Positions 26,590-36,252 of a DNA stretch of 64,000 nt are shown piece by piece. This DNA is from a virus (Duplodnaviria; Caudoviricetes). The stretch spans positions 32,001 to 96,000 of the IMG/VR virus record IMGVR_UViG_3300033070_001349; one strand, 5' to 3'. The notes beneath the pieces were generated by a model that had not been told where the DNA came from, made no database searches, and saw only the letters and a list, made by a program, of their open reading frames with translations. The position numbers and the translations under genes are program-made. Positions within the stretch are counted from its first letter, which is position 1. Every line of letters starts with the position of its first letter.

Positions 26590-27563
26590 GCACCCCCACC
26601 CTCCCCGTCGGTCTCCGGCTCCGCATCCTCGGTCCCAAGGGCACCCCGGACACCCGCACCGTCTTCTTCCCCGAGAGCCTCACTCCGTGGGGCGGCCGGA
26701 AGCCCCTCCGCATCGGGAACCGGCTCGGCGTCGAGCTCTACGTGGATGACCCAGCGGTGTCGAGTCTCGAAGCGGTGGTCGAGTGGACCGACCACGGGCT
26801 CGTCCTGCGCCGCATCGCCGCCGAGGGCGCCGTCCGACTCAACGGCGAGCCCGTGGTCGAGGCGGCCCCCCTCCGGGTCGTCGGCGACAGGATCCAGGTC
26901 GGGGATACGACCATGACCGTCGAGGTGTACCTGTACGGCTTCGTCGGGTCCGTCCACCAGAACGACGCCCCGCAGGCTCCATCAGCGGCCCCCGAGCCCC
27001 CCAAGCAGACCCGCACCGTCCGAGTCCTCACGCGCATCGTCCTCCACGTCACCGAGCCCGGCGTCCCGCCCTACGACCGCACCTTCGACCGCACCGAGAA
27101 GGGGAGCCGCCCGGGGGTGACGATCGGCCGGGGCGAGCGCAGCAAGCTCAGAGTCGCCGACCCGGCTGTGGCCCGTATGCACGCCGTGATCGAGCTCTCG
27201 ACTCAGGGCGCGAAGCTGATCGACTACGGGAGCTGCTCCCTCGTCAACGGGATCGCCGTCAACACCGCAGAGCTCAAGACCGAGGACGTGATCGCGATGG
27301 GCGCCACCTCCATCCGCGTGACCGAGCTCCGCACGGACCCCTTCGAGGTGCCCGTCGAGACCCAGGCCCCCGAGCCCCGCCCCGAGGCCCCGCCGCCGCC
27401 GATGCCCACGAAGACCCCGCCGACCGCCCCGACCGCCAGGGTGGAGGTCTCCTACCTCCAGGCCTTCCTCTGGACCCTCGACGGGGTCGCCAAGCACCTC
27501 CTCGCCAAGGCCGTCCGGTACGCTCGCTCGGTCGAGGCCTCGCACCCGGAGAGCAAGCCGTGA
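26586..27563 (+). CDS. tandem FHA-domain protein
   Basis: IGN..DDPAVSS.EA..LNG and IGR..DPAVARMHA..VNG..L..EDVIAMG. Confidence 0.85.
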   Translation: MSTPTLPVGLRLRILGPKGTPDTRTVFFPESLTPWGGRKPLRIGNRLGVELYVDDPAVSSLEAVVEWTDHGLVLRRIAAEGAVRLNGEPVVEAAPLRVVGDRIQVGDTTMTVEVYLYGFVGSVHQNDAPQAPSAAPEPPKQTRTVRVLTRIVLHVTEPGVPPYDRTFDRTEKGSRPGVTIGRGERSKLRVADPAVARMHAVIELSTQGAKLIDYGSCSLVNGIAVNTAELKTEDVIAMGATSIRVTELRTDPFEVPVETQAPEPRPEAPPPPMPTKTPPTAPTARVEVSYLQAFLWTLDGVAKHLLAKAVRYARSVEASHPESKP

Positions 27564-27889
27564 AGCCCCTCTCGCGCTTCATGTTCGCATCGAGCATCCG
27601 ACCCACCACGAAGGGCCGGGCCGTCGAGGTCCTCAGGCTCAGGGTGCGCGTCACCCCTTCGAAGTCCCTCACCCTCCGGGTCCCCTCGGGCCGGGCCTAC
27701 ACCGAGGTCGCCCGCCTGAGCTTCGAGGCCTTCCAAGATGGGGGCTACTCCGTCACGCCGAAGGCCATGTGGGGGGCTACGACTGTCGTCACGTTGGAGG
27801 ACTTCAGCCTGCGTGCCTACGACTGGTCGACCCTGCCCACGCTCGCCGAGCTCCGCGAGGCCCTCAAGCTGGAGTACGTGGACGCATGA
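27560..27889 (+). CDS. hypothetical protein
   Basis: GTGA overlap. Confidence 0.55.
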   Translation: MKPLSRFMFASSIRPTTKGRAVEVLRLRVRVTPSKSLTLRVPSGRAYTEVARLSFEAFQDGGYSVTPKAMWGATTVVTLEDFSLRAYDWSTLPTLAELREALKLEYVDA

Positions 27890-28251
27890 GGTCCCTCGCC
27901 GAACAGGCCGCCGCGAAGGGCGTCGAGGTCGAGGCCCTCCTCGGGAAGACCCCGGCCGAGGTCCGGGCCCTCGGGTTCGAGGTCCACGAGTCGGTGCCCT
28001 CCGACGCCACCCTCCGTCGCGAGGACCCGAACCTGGAGGTGGACACGAGCGTCACCGGCCGCCGGACGGGCCTCGTGTGGCACCGCCCAGCCTTCCCCGC
28101 GGTGCTCGCCGACGAAATGAGCGCTGCCCTGGGCAGAGCGATCGACGAAGAGGTCCTCGCCGAGATTCTCAACCCGCCCAAGGCTCTCGCCTCCGCGACA
28201 GACCTCGACTTCCACCGCAGCCTCCGCCTCAAGTACCCGCCCAGGTCCTGA
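27886..28251 (+). CDS. hypothetical protein
   Basis: ATGA overlap. Confidence 0.55.
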   Translation: MRSLAEQAAAKGVEVEALLGKTPAEVRALGFEVHESVPSDATLRREDPNLEVDTSVTGRRTGLVWHRPAFPAVLADEMSAALGRAIDEEVLAEILNPPKALASATDLDFHRSLRLKYPPRS

Positions 28252-28323
28252 CACCTCGACCGCCCACAACGTGGTATCCACGGACCCGCCGGACCCACGG
28301 ATGGGCCCCGCAGGAGACACCTC

Positions 28324-28758
28324 ATGGCGCACTACAAAGACGGCACCCCCGCGCGACTCGGCGACCTCGTGAAGGGCCGCGGCTACAACCTCCCCTATGA
28401 CGTGCAGGGCATCGTCTCCGGGCTCACCCCCGGCGCCGGGTCCTGCGACATCCACATCGCCTGCCTCAAGCCCCACACCCCCCTCGGGACCGTCAGGACG
28501 GTCCACCCGGTCCTCGCCGAGGAGCACGGGACGTGCGCCGCCTTCGAGCTCGTGTACCGAGACCCGGCGCTCACCGTCACGGTCGAGGACGAGGAGCTCG
28601 CGGCGGACGCCTTCGCCGCCTACGGGCAGAGCACCGGGGGGCTCACGCACGACGGCCGCCCCATCCCCCCGCTCGACAAGATCCGCGAGGAGAAGCCCAG
28701 CGTCTTCAACGCCTGGGTCGCCGCCGTCCGCAAGGTCCGCTCCCGCCTCTCCGTCTGA
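28324..28758 (+). CDS. hypothetical phage protein
   Basis: AGGAG RBS. Confidence 0.7.
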   Translation: MAHYKDGTPARLGDLVKGRGYNLPYDVQGIVSGLTPGAGSCDIHIACLKPHTPLGTVRTVHPVLAEEHGTCAAFELVYRDPALTVTVEDEELAADAFAAYGQSTGGLTHDGRPIPPLDKIREEKPSVFNAWVAAVRKVRSRLSV

Positions 28759-28787
28759 CGCGCCCGCCCCATAAAGACACTACGGGG

Positions 28788-28815
28788 TTGGCGGGCGGGG
28801 CCTATGTGCTAGGTT
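28788..28815 (+). promoter_or_regulatory. phage promoter (leaderless)
   Basis: TTGGCG-16-TAGGTT; ATG 6 nt downstream. Confidence 0.75.
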
Positions 28816-28821
28816 GCGCTC

Positions 28822-30795
28822 ATGCCGTCGTTGAACCCTGAGCAAGCCGCCGCCGCCGCCCACGTCGAGGGCCCCGCGATCGTCAACTCCCTCGCGGGGA
28901 CCGGGAAGACCGAGACGATCACGTCCCGGATCGTCGCCCTCGTGGAGGCTGGGGTAGACCCGGCGCGCATCCTCGCCGTGACCTTCTCCCGGGCGGGCGG
29001 GGAGGCGATGAACACCCGCCTCCGCAAGCGCCTCGGGAAGACGGCGGCGCGGGTCGGCACCTTCCATTCCCTGGCCCTGGAGATCCTCCGCGCCGAGGTC
29101 CCCGAGTACGCCAAGTGGGACATCAAGGACGGCGCCTACCGCATGTGCATCAAGACCGCGGTGGGGTGGGAGGAGATGGGCTGGAAGGAGGCCGACGTGT
29201 CGGTCTGCGAGCAGTACGTCTCCCTCTGCATGTGCGCGCTCGCCATGCCCGGCACCCCGGCCGCCCTGAAGGTCGCCGAGGACCTCTACGCTAGGCGGAA
29301 GAAGTCCGACGCCATCCCGAAGCACCTCATGCGCATGTACGAGCGCGCCGAGGAGATCCGCAAGGACCGGCAATTCCTCACCTTCGACGTGGTCCTGGCC
29401 GAGGCGACGCTCCTCCTCCTCGAAGACGAGGGCGTCCGGCGCCGGGTTGCCTCCCGCTGGGACTACGTCATCGCGGACGAGCAACAGGACTCGAACAAGG
29501 CCCAGAACCTGATCGGGCGCCTCCTCGCCGAGCTCCACCGCAACCTCATGGTGGTGGGGGACGAGTTCCAGCGCATCTACGGGTGGCGCGGGGCCGAGGT
29601 GGAGTCCCTCGTGGGGCTCAAGACCGAGTGGGGGGCCAAGACCTACACCCTCTTCCGCAACTACCGATGCGGCGACTCGATCCTCGCGGCGGCCAACATG
29701 ATGCTCAAGAGCATGGGGGCGACCTCCTTCCTCAAGGGGGAGCGCGGGGTCAACGGGGTGGTGACCGGAACCCTCTTCTTCGACTTCGACGCGGAGGCGC
29801 GGAGCATCGCGGGGCGCATCGCCGACTCGCGCGGGGTGCGCAAGCTCTCGGACTACGCAGTGCTCTACCGGACGGCCGCGCAGAGCCGCGCCCTGGAGGA
29901 GGCCTTCCTTGCGGCCAGGATCCCCTACCGGATCACGAGCGGGACCAACTTCTACGAGCGCACGGAGGTGGCCGACCTCCTCTCGTACCTCCGGGTCATC
30001 GCGCCCCTCGGGGACCCCATGGCGTCCCTCCGGTGCCTCAACCGCCCCTTCCGCTTCCTGGGCAAGGCCTTCCTGTCCCGGGTCGAGGCCGCCCTCGGCG
30101 CGGCCGGGTCCGGTGACCCCGTGGCGACCGTCCGGGCCGTCTCCCAACAGCCCGGGGTCCAGTCCCGGCAGGCCGAGAGCGCCGAGTCCTGGTGCGTCCT
30201 CGTGGCCGCGTGCCGCGCCCGCATGGAGAAGGCCGCGTCGTCCCCCTCCGAGGTCGTGCGGCTCGAAGGGTCCCCGGCCTCGATCCTCGAACACATCCTG
30301 ACGCGGACCGACTACGTGAAGTGGCTCACCCGCGAAGAGGGCGACGAGTCGGTCGAGAACTCGCGGGTGTCCAACGTCCGCGAGCTCGTGCGCGTGGCGA
30401 CGAAGTTCGAGACCGTCTCCGACTTCCTGGCCTTCATCGACGAGACCATCGCGGCGGCCAAAGAGGCGGCCCGCACCAACGCCGAGGTCGACGCCGTCAC
30501 CCTCTCGACGGTCCACCGGGCCAAGGGCCTCGAATGGCCGGTGGTGTTCGTCATCGGCGTCAACGCGGGCATCCTCCCCCACGCCCGCGCCGAGGACCCC
30601 TCGGAGGAGGGGCGGCTCTACTACGTCGCCCTGACCCGGGCGCGGGACGAGCTCCACGTCTCCGCCGTCCGGTCCGCCGTGGTCAGTGGCAAGGTTCGGC
30701 CCCTCACCCCCTCGCACTTCCTCGGGCTCTCCGGCATCGTCCTGGTCGACGCGGACGCCGCCGCGATCGAGGCCCAGGGCGTCGGAGCCACATGA
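28822..30795 (+). CDS. uvrD: UvrD/PcrA SF1 helicase
   Basis: LNPEQ, AGTGKT, TFHSL, DEQQD, VGDEFQRIYGWRGA, NYR, TVHRAKGLEW, RLYYVALTRA. Confidence 0.95.
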   Translation: MPSLNPEQAAAAAHVEGPAIVNSLAGTGKTETITSRIVALVEAGVDPARILAVTFSRAGGEAMNTRLRKRLGKTAARVGTFHSLALEILRAEVPEYAKWDIKDGAYRMCIKTAVGWEEMGWKEADVSVCEQYVSLCMCALAMPGTPAALKVAEDLYARRKKSDAIPKHLMRMYERAEEIRKDRQFLTFDVVLAEATLLLLEDEGVRRRVASRWDYVIADEQQDSNKAQNLIGRLLAELHRNLMVVGDEFQRIYGWRGAEVESLVGLKTEWGAKTYTLFRNYRCGDSILAAANMMLKSMGATSFLKGERGVNGVVTGTLFFDFDAEARSIAGRIADSRGVRKLSDYAVLYRTAAQSRALEEAFLAARIPYRITSGTNFYERTEVADLLSYLRVIAPLGDPMASLRCLNRPFRFLGKAFLSRVEAALGAAGSGDPVATVRAVSQQPGVQSRQAESAESWCVLVAACRARMEKAASSPSEVVRLEGSPASILEHILTRTDYVKWLTREEGDESVENSRVSNVRELVRVATKFETVSDFLAFIDETIAAAKEAARTNAEVDAVTLSTVHRAKGLEWPVVFVIGVNAGILPHARAEDPSEEGRLYYVALTRARDELHVSAVRSAVVSGKVRPLTPSHFLGLSGIVLVDADAAAIEAQGVGAT

Positions 30796-30798
30796 CTC
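30785..30798. repeat. dispersed 14-bp palindrome, copy 6
   Basis: GAGCCACATGACTC spanning an ATGA gene junction. Confidence 0.85.
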
Positions 30799-31178
30799 CC
30801 AGGCCCTTCACCCTCGAAGACCTCCGGGGCCTGTGTGCGAGCACGGCCGGGGACGGGCTCACCTTCGATATCACCCTCGGACAGCTCCGCTCGATCGTCG
30901 CCGAGGTCCAGAGGGAGGAGGACGCCCTCATCGCCCGGACCTCGACGGACACGGTCCGGGCGATGACCGCCCCGCCGGGCCTTCGGAGCTTCACCGACGC
31001 CCAGGTGCGAGACGCGATCCGCCAGGAGAAGGGCTGCGTCTCCAAGGCGGCCCGCGCGCTCGGACCCGGCGTGACGGCGCACGGCCTCACTTGGCGCATC
31101 AGGCGCCACCCTGAGGTGTGGCCGGAGGGGGTGGTCCCGCGGACGAGGCGCCCCCGCAAGCCCGAGGCGGCCCCATGA
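30792..31178 (+). CDS. protein with Fis-like HTH
   Basis: AIRQEKGCVSKAARALG....GLTWRIRRH. Confidence 0.65.
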   Translation: MTPRPFTLEDLRGLCASTAGDGLTFDITLGQLRSIVAEVQREEDALIARTSTDTVRAMTAPPGLRSFTDAQVRDAIRQEKGCVSKAARALGPGVTAHGLTWRIRRHPEVWPEGVVPRTRRPRKPEAAP

Positions 31179-31492
31179 GCCCCGAGCTAGAGACGGAGAC
31201 CTCGACGTGGCGCGCGGTCCTCTGGCGCATCACCGACCGGGGGACCGAAGAGGTGGTCGTGCCCGTCACCGTCGAGCGACGGGGCGAGGCCCCGGAGCAC
31301 CGCCGCTACTTCGCCACGCACGGCTGGCGGGGGTGGGGCGGAGTCTACGAGCACGTCGGCCACGGGAGCACGCCCGAGCTCGCGGTGTGGCAGTCGATCC
31401 GCCCGGATTGGCCCGGCTTCTTCGCGACGCGCGAGATCGTACCCCCCGGGGGAAAGACCTTCGCGGAGCGGCTAGCCGGTTCCGACTTTTAG
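31175..31492 (+). CDS. hypothetical protein
   Basis: ATGA overlap. Confidence 0.6.
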   Translation: MSPELETETSTWRAVLWRITDRGTEEVVVPVTVERRGEAPEHRRYFATHGWRGWGGVYEHVGHGSTPELAVWQSIRPDWPGFFATREIVPPGGKTFAERLAGSDF

Positions 31493-31495
31493 CGC

Positions 31496-31523
31496 TTGAC
31501 TCCCGCCGTCTATGCGCTAGGTT
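31496..31523 (+). promoter_or_regulatory. phage promoter (leaderless)
   Basis: TTGACT-16-TAGGTT; ATG 6 nt downstream. Confidence 0.85.
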
Positions 31524-31529
31524 GTGCTC

Positions 31530-32297
31530 ATGCCGAACCTGATCCTCAACCGCTACCCGAGCAACCGAGGGCTGGCCCTTGGCGCTCCCCTCACGGAGCT
31601 TCTCCTCGACGGCAACGACACCCCGGCCCGCATCCGCGAAGCCGTGGAGCGCCACCTTGGCGCGCGGTGCACCCTCGACGGGTGGGAGCGCTTCGGGACC
31701 CCGAGGACCGAGAACGCCTGCACGTTCTCTCTCGTGGCGATCGAGCACTGGGTCTACGTCCACCGGAAGCTCAACGACGGCGCGATGCCCGACGACCTCA
31801 TCGCCACGATCTTCTACGCCTCCCCCGGGGGCGACGTGCCGGTGTCCCTCTGCCGCGAGGCGGCGTGGTTCAACCACTTCTCGCTCTCCGAGCTCTACGG
31901 CGAGGGGTACTTCGAGTGGGTCACGATGGACCCGCGGCCCCCCTCCGTGGAGCAACTCCAGCGCGCCATGCAGGAGTACGGGCGGACAGAGGACGGAGTG
32001 CGCGTCCTCTACCTCCAGGTCGAAGGCTCCCCGCAGTTTCAGGACTCGATCCCCTACGGCCACGAGAACCGCGTCCTCGTCCGGGTGACGATCGATAGCG
32101 GTGTGGCCTGGTGGGGCGACCCCAGACACCCCGACCCGGCTGTCCACCTCTCGATCCATACCCCCTTCGGAGCCCTAGACGAGCTCCGCGGGACCTGGAG
32201 GGTCGCCGAAGTCCGCGGCCCGGATCGCCTGACCCTCATCCTCCCCGCCATCACGGGCCTCACCGCGGGCCCCTGGCACCCTACGCCGTCCCTCTAG
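31530..32297 (+). CDS. hypothetical protein
   Basis: start at promoter. Confidence 0.7.
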   Translation: MPNLILNRYPSNRGLALGAPLTELLLDGNDTPARIREAVERHLGARCTLDGWERFGTPRTENACTFSLVAIEHWVYVHRKLNDGAMPDDLIATIFYASPGGDVPVSLCREAAWFNHFSLSELYGEGYFEWVTMDPRPPSVEQLQRAMQEYGRTEDGVRVLYLQVEGSPQFQDSIPYGHENRVLVRVTIDSGVAWWGDPRHPDPAVHLSIHTPFGALDELRGTWRVAEVRGPDRLTLILPAITGLTAGPWHPTPSL

Positions 32298-32308
32298 GAG
32301 AACACCCT

Positions 32309-33289
32309 ATGCCTACGACCGTCACGCTCGCTCACCTCAAGGCCATCCACCTTCACCTCGCCGACCTCCTCGGTGAGACGGACACCTCGCGCGCCGAGGT
32401 GATCGCTCAGGCGACCATCGGCGAAGCCCCCGTGTACCCGGACCTCACCGCGACCAACCTCGGCGTCGTCTCGGAGGGCCTCCGCGAGGCCTCCATCGCG
32501 GTCGCCCCGCTCCGCCGCCAGGGCATCGTGGACCTCTTCCATCTCGTCCGCCAGGGGATGCCGATGTGCGCCCGCTGCGGTCGCTTCCGCGTCCAGCTCG
32601 TGGGGACGGCTACGTGGGAGGCCGTCGAGGGCCCCGGGTGCCCTAAGGACGGAGGGCTCTTCGCGGTCGAGACGAGGGCCGAGATCATCGGGTGGCACAA
32701 CGGCCGCTCCTACCCCGACGGAACGACCCACGACCCCGACGGCGTCCCCCTCACGGAGGAGGCCATCCGCGCCGACCGTACGGTCCACCCCACGGTGGAC
32801 GCCGCGTGCGACGAGACCGGAGCCTCCCTGCGCGACGTGCTCACGACGCTTCGCTACGACGGGGCCAGCCCCGCCGGGGCGCTCCGCGCGATCGAGGTTC
32901 CGAACGGCCACTGGCCGAGCACGCTCGCGCAGCGAACCTTCACGGCGAGAGCCAAGGGCTCGTTCCAGACGAGGGCCTCGACCCCGCGGAGCACGACCGT
33001 GGGGAACCCCGGGGGAGACGGCTTCGCTCCTCCGACCACCCTGAATCGTATGTCGGTGCGTCAGCTCATGGTCCGGCTCTACGACACCACCGCGAGGATC
33101 CGCGTCGTCGCGTCGGACCTGCACATGAACCTCGGTCGCATCGTCTTCGATGGCTCGGCCGAGACCGCGTGGGCCTCCGTGATCGACGAGGCCGAGAAGG
33201 CGGGCAAGCTCGCGGCGCTGGTCGAGTACGCCCACACCAACAACCCCGGCAACCGTGAGGCGGCGGCCATGGCCGCCCTCCTCCGATAG
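32309..33289 (+). CDS. protein with C-terminal EAD1-like (effector-associated) domain
   Basis: LMVRLY....IRVVASD..MNLGRIVFDGSAETAWASVIDEAEKAGKLAALVEYA...PGN. Confidence 0.65.
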   Translation: MPTTVTLAHLKAIHLHLADLLGETDTSRAEVIAQATIGEAPVYPDLTATNLGVVSEGLREASIAVAPLRRQGIVDLFHLVRQGMPMCARCGRFRVQLVGTATWEAVEGPGCPKDGGLFAVETRAEIIGWHNGRSYPDGTTHDPDGVPLTEEAIRADRTVHPTVDAACDETGASLRDVLTTLRYDGASPAGALRAIEVPNGHWPSTLAQRTFTARAKGSFQTRASTPRSTTVGNPGGDGFAPPTTLNRMSVRQLMVRLYDTTARIRVVASDLHMNLGRIVFDGSAETAWASVIDEAEKAGKLAALVEYAHTNNPGNREAAAMAALLR

Positions 33290-33300
33290 GAGCGCCCGCC

Positions 33301-33468
33301 ATGAATCTCTCCCTCCCCGCCCTGGACCTCTCGGCCCCGCCGATCCGCTACACCCCCTCCGATTGCGCCGTCTTCTGTAAGACGCGCGAGAAGTTCGGCG
33401 GATGCTCCAACATGGCCGCGGGCTACTCCCTCAAGGTCAATGGCACCCCCATCCTGGTAGTGGAGTGA
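33301..33468 (+). pseudogene. truncated NADAR-family gene
   Basis: VFCKTREKFGGCSNMAAGYSLKVNG matches a NADAR N-terminus; frame runs into the TIR and stops. Confidence 0.65.
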
Positions 33469-33970
33469 TTCGCCCTGGGGTGGCGTGGTCTGGCTCCGAC
33501 GCTGCGACGGTGGCGTGATTTGGACGCCCTCGGAGCAACTCACGCCACCTCGCGAAAAGCCTTCAATAAAGGCACTCGGCGCAAAGCGGCACTCGCAAAA
33601 TTCGTGGCCGATCGACTAGCGCGAGCTCGCCACGGCTCGCAGAACCGGCCCGCGTGACGACCGACCGAGAGAGCCCCGTGCCTCCGATGCCTCCGATGCC
33701 CCTGGTGCCCCTGGTGCGTTCGGCGCTCTTCGGCATCAGGTCGGCTCCCGCAGGGTGGCGGTCCGCCACCTCCTCGCCACCCGCCACCTACCCACCACCC
33801 CTCGCCATGGCGGACCGCCACCCTCAACACCTCAAAATGGCGTGAAATACGCATGGAACGCAGCGTGCTCTCAAGCACGCATCACTGCGCCGACCACGCG
33901 CACGGCGATAGATCGCAACGATGCAGCCCACGACGACTCGCCAGACCAGCCCCGGAGCTCCCGCAGCCCT

Positions 33971-34198
33971 CTACTTCTCGTCGTACGTGTCTTCGGCCGC
34001 GGCTCCGAGCACATGGACGAGGTATGCGTTGCGCGACCAGCGGCCCATCTTTTTGGCGTTGAGGCGTTCCACTTTCGCGTCGATCTTCGCCAACAGCTCC
34101 TTCGGCACGCGGAGGGTAAGGGCGACATCCTCGACATCAGCGGAAGGCTTCGGCGCAGAGGCGCCCTTCGTTCGCTTGGCGTTGGTCGATTTGCTCAT
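33971..34198 (-). CDS. ribbon-helix-helix regulator
   Basis: VALTLRVPKELLAKID...SRNAYLVHVL; divergent from MTase. Confidence 0.7.
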   Translation of the reverse strand: MSKSTNAKRTKGASAPKPSADVEDVALTLRVPKELLAKIDAKVERLNAKKMGRWSRNAYLVHVLGAAAEDTYDEK

Positions 34199-34364
34199 GG
34201 GCGCAGTGATACTAGCGTACTGCGCCGCTGCCATCATCCTGATTGCAGCGCGACATCAGATCCACGCCATCATTGTGATGGCATCGCGGTATCACCGTGA
34301 TATAGTCGCCGCCATCGACTGTGGTTTGCCGGAAATGCGGCAATGGCGAGCAGGAGACGATTCA

Positions 34365-35726
34365 ATGGGCGCGTCGAAGATGAAGAAACACAAGGCGACG
34401 GAATCGCGTGCTACCCGCTCTCGATGTGCGCGCACTGCCGCATCGGATAAGATCGTGGTGCATGCAGGCGAACGTGACGAAGCGATGAATGGCGAGGCAC
34501 CGTTCACTTTCGGGGACCTGTTCTCCGGCGCGGGAGGCATGAGTTTCGGCTTCAAGAGCCACCCCGCGTTTCGCCCGGTCTTCGCGGTCGATGCACAGGT
34601 CGGCAAGCCGAGCAGCGGGATGGGGGCGCTGGAGTGCAACGCCTCGTACGAGGCCAACGTTGGCCTCCCGGCGCGCGAGGCCGACCTCTCGGTCTACTCG
34701 CCCCAGCAGCTCATGCATGAGACGGGGATCAAGCGCGGCGAGCTCGACGTGCTGATCTCCTGCGCACCCTGCACGGGGTTCAGCCGAATGAACAGCCAGA
34801 ACCACGAGCGGGACGACCGGCGTAACGGTCTGGTCGAGCGGACGGGCGAGTTCGTGTCCGCGCTTCGCCCGGCGATCCTCGTCATGGAGAACTCTCGCGA
34901 ACTCATCAGCGGCAACTTCTCGCACCACTACGAGAGCCTGCGCGCCTCGCTGGAGACGATGGGCTACTCCGTGTCCGGGGAGGTACACATGCTCACAGAC
35001 TTCGGCTTGCCACAGGTACGTGAACGCGCCCTAGTCATCGCGACGAGGGACAGCGGGCGCATCCATACCCTGCGGGACCTCTGGGACAAGATGATGCCGT
35101 CCGCGGAGAGTGTCACGGTGCGCCGCGCCATCTCGCACCTCCCGCCGGTGGCCGCAGGTGAAGCGCACTCCAGCGATCCCCTCCATCGCTCGCCGGGATT
35201 CTCCGACCCCGTAAGCCTGGAGCGCATGCACGCGATCCCGCACGACGGCGGGTCATGGCTCGACCTGCTCAAACGGCCCGGTGGTGGGCGCCTGCTCACA
35301 CCCTCGATGGTGAAGCTCGTCGCGGCGCGCGACTTCGGTTCGCACCCCGACAAGTACGGGCGGCTGTGGTGGGATCGGCCGTGCGTGACGATCAAGCGTG
35401 AGTGCGCCCATGTCGGCAACGGCCGGTACGCCCACCCTGAGCAGGATCGGCTCTGCACCGTCCGTGAACTCGCGCTGTTGAGCGGGTTCCCCGCCGGATA
35501 CAAACTTCTCGGCACGCTGTCGAACCGTTACCGTCACATCGGCGACGCGGTCCCGCCGCTCATCAGTTTCCAACTCGCGCACGCCTGCCACTGGATGCTG
35601 ACCGGGAAGCGGCCCCGTCGCGGCGAGTGGTGCCTGGCAGGTACATCGCTGCGTCCGGAGGACATCATCGAGCGTCGCGAGGCTCAGATGGCGATGCCGT
35701 GGCGGGAGTTGCGGTCGGCAGTCTAG
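34365..35726 (+). CDS. C5-cytosine DNA methyltransferase
   Basis: DLFSGAGG, PCTGFS, MENS, PQVRER, RLCTVRE, IGDAVPP; start could be 34485. Confidence 0.93.
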   Translation: MGASKMKKHKATESRATRSRCARTAASDKIVVHAGERDEAMNGEAPFTFGDLFSGAGGMSFGFKSHPAFRPVFAVDAQVGKPSSGMGALECNASYEANVGLPAREADLSVYSPQQLMHETGIKRGELDVLISCAPCTGFSRMNSQNHERDDRRNGLVERTGEFVSALRPAILVMENSRELISGNFSHHYESLRASLETMGYSVSGEVHMLTDFGLPQVRERALVIATRDSGRIHTLRDLWDKMMPSAESVTVRRAISHLPPVAAGEAHSSDPLHRSPGFSDPVSLERMHAIPHDGGSWLDLLKRPGGGRLLTPSMVKLVAARDFGSHPDKYGRLWWDRPCVTIKRECAHVGNGRYAHPEQDRLCTVRELALLSGFPAGYKLLGTLSNRYRHIGDAVPPLISFQLAHACHWMLTGKRPRRGEWCLAGTSLRPEDIIERREAQMAMPWRELRSAV

Positions 35727-36019
35727 GAATCGCGCAAGAACTCCCAGGTCGCGATCACGGCGCAGTGGCTCTTGAGGAGGTGCTTGATCTGGAGCTTACG
35801 CTCGCCACCGCCGTCGAAGTACAACTCAAAGATCCGCCTGTCGCGATCGTCATAGACCCGGCAGTAGCCTGGGATCGCGGTCCTTTGCGAACTTTCGTGC
35901 ATCATCGTGAACACGCCGTTATTAGCGCGCATCAAGAGCGCCTTCGGTATCGCAACGGGGCGGTGGGGAGCGAAGCTCAACGAGCGGATGCCAGAAATGG
36001 TGAAGGCCCGAGCTGACAC
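35723..36019 (-). pseudogene. gene fragment convergent with MTase, possibly a restriction endonuclease C-terminus
   Basis: protein-like C-terminus FELYFDGGGERKLQIKHL; no clear start; R-M-like layout. Confidence 0.4.
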
Positions 36020-36252
36020 TCGAGCCTTCGTGCCGACAGCGGATGCCGACGGGAGGAGGGCGGCGGCGCATTCTCGCGCGTGTTTCCGGCGGGACAGGCT
36101 ACGTCACGGCCGGACCCAAGGGGACGGGCGGTGTCGGTGTGCCGCGATGTGACGGGCGCGGTGCGCGCGAAATCAAATCACGCCACCCCGCGCGAAGCCC
36201 GACGGCGGTGGTATGAGTTGGTTTCCGTGCCAACGACGTGGCGTGATTAGGG

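Noticed and set aside
33678-33717. 9-bp tandem repeats inside the cassette
   Set aside because: Short and low complexity; probably a relic of a decayed gene, no function supportable
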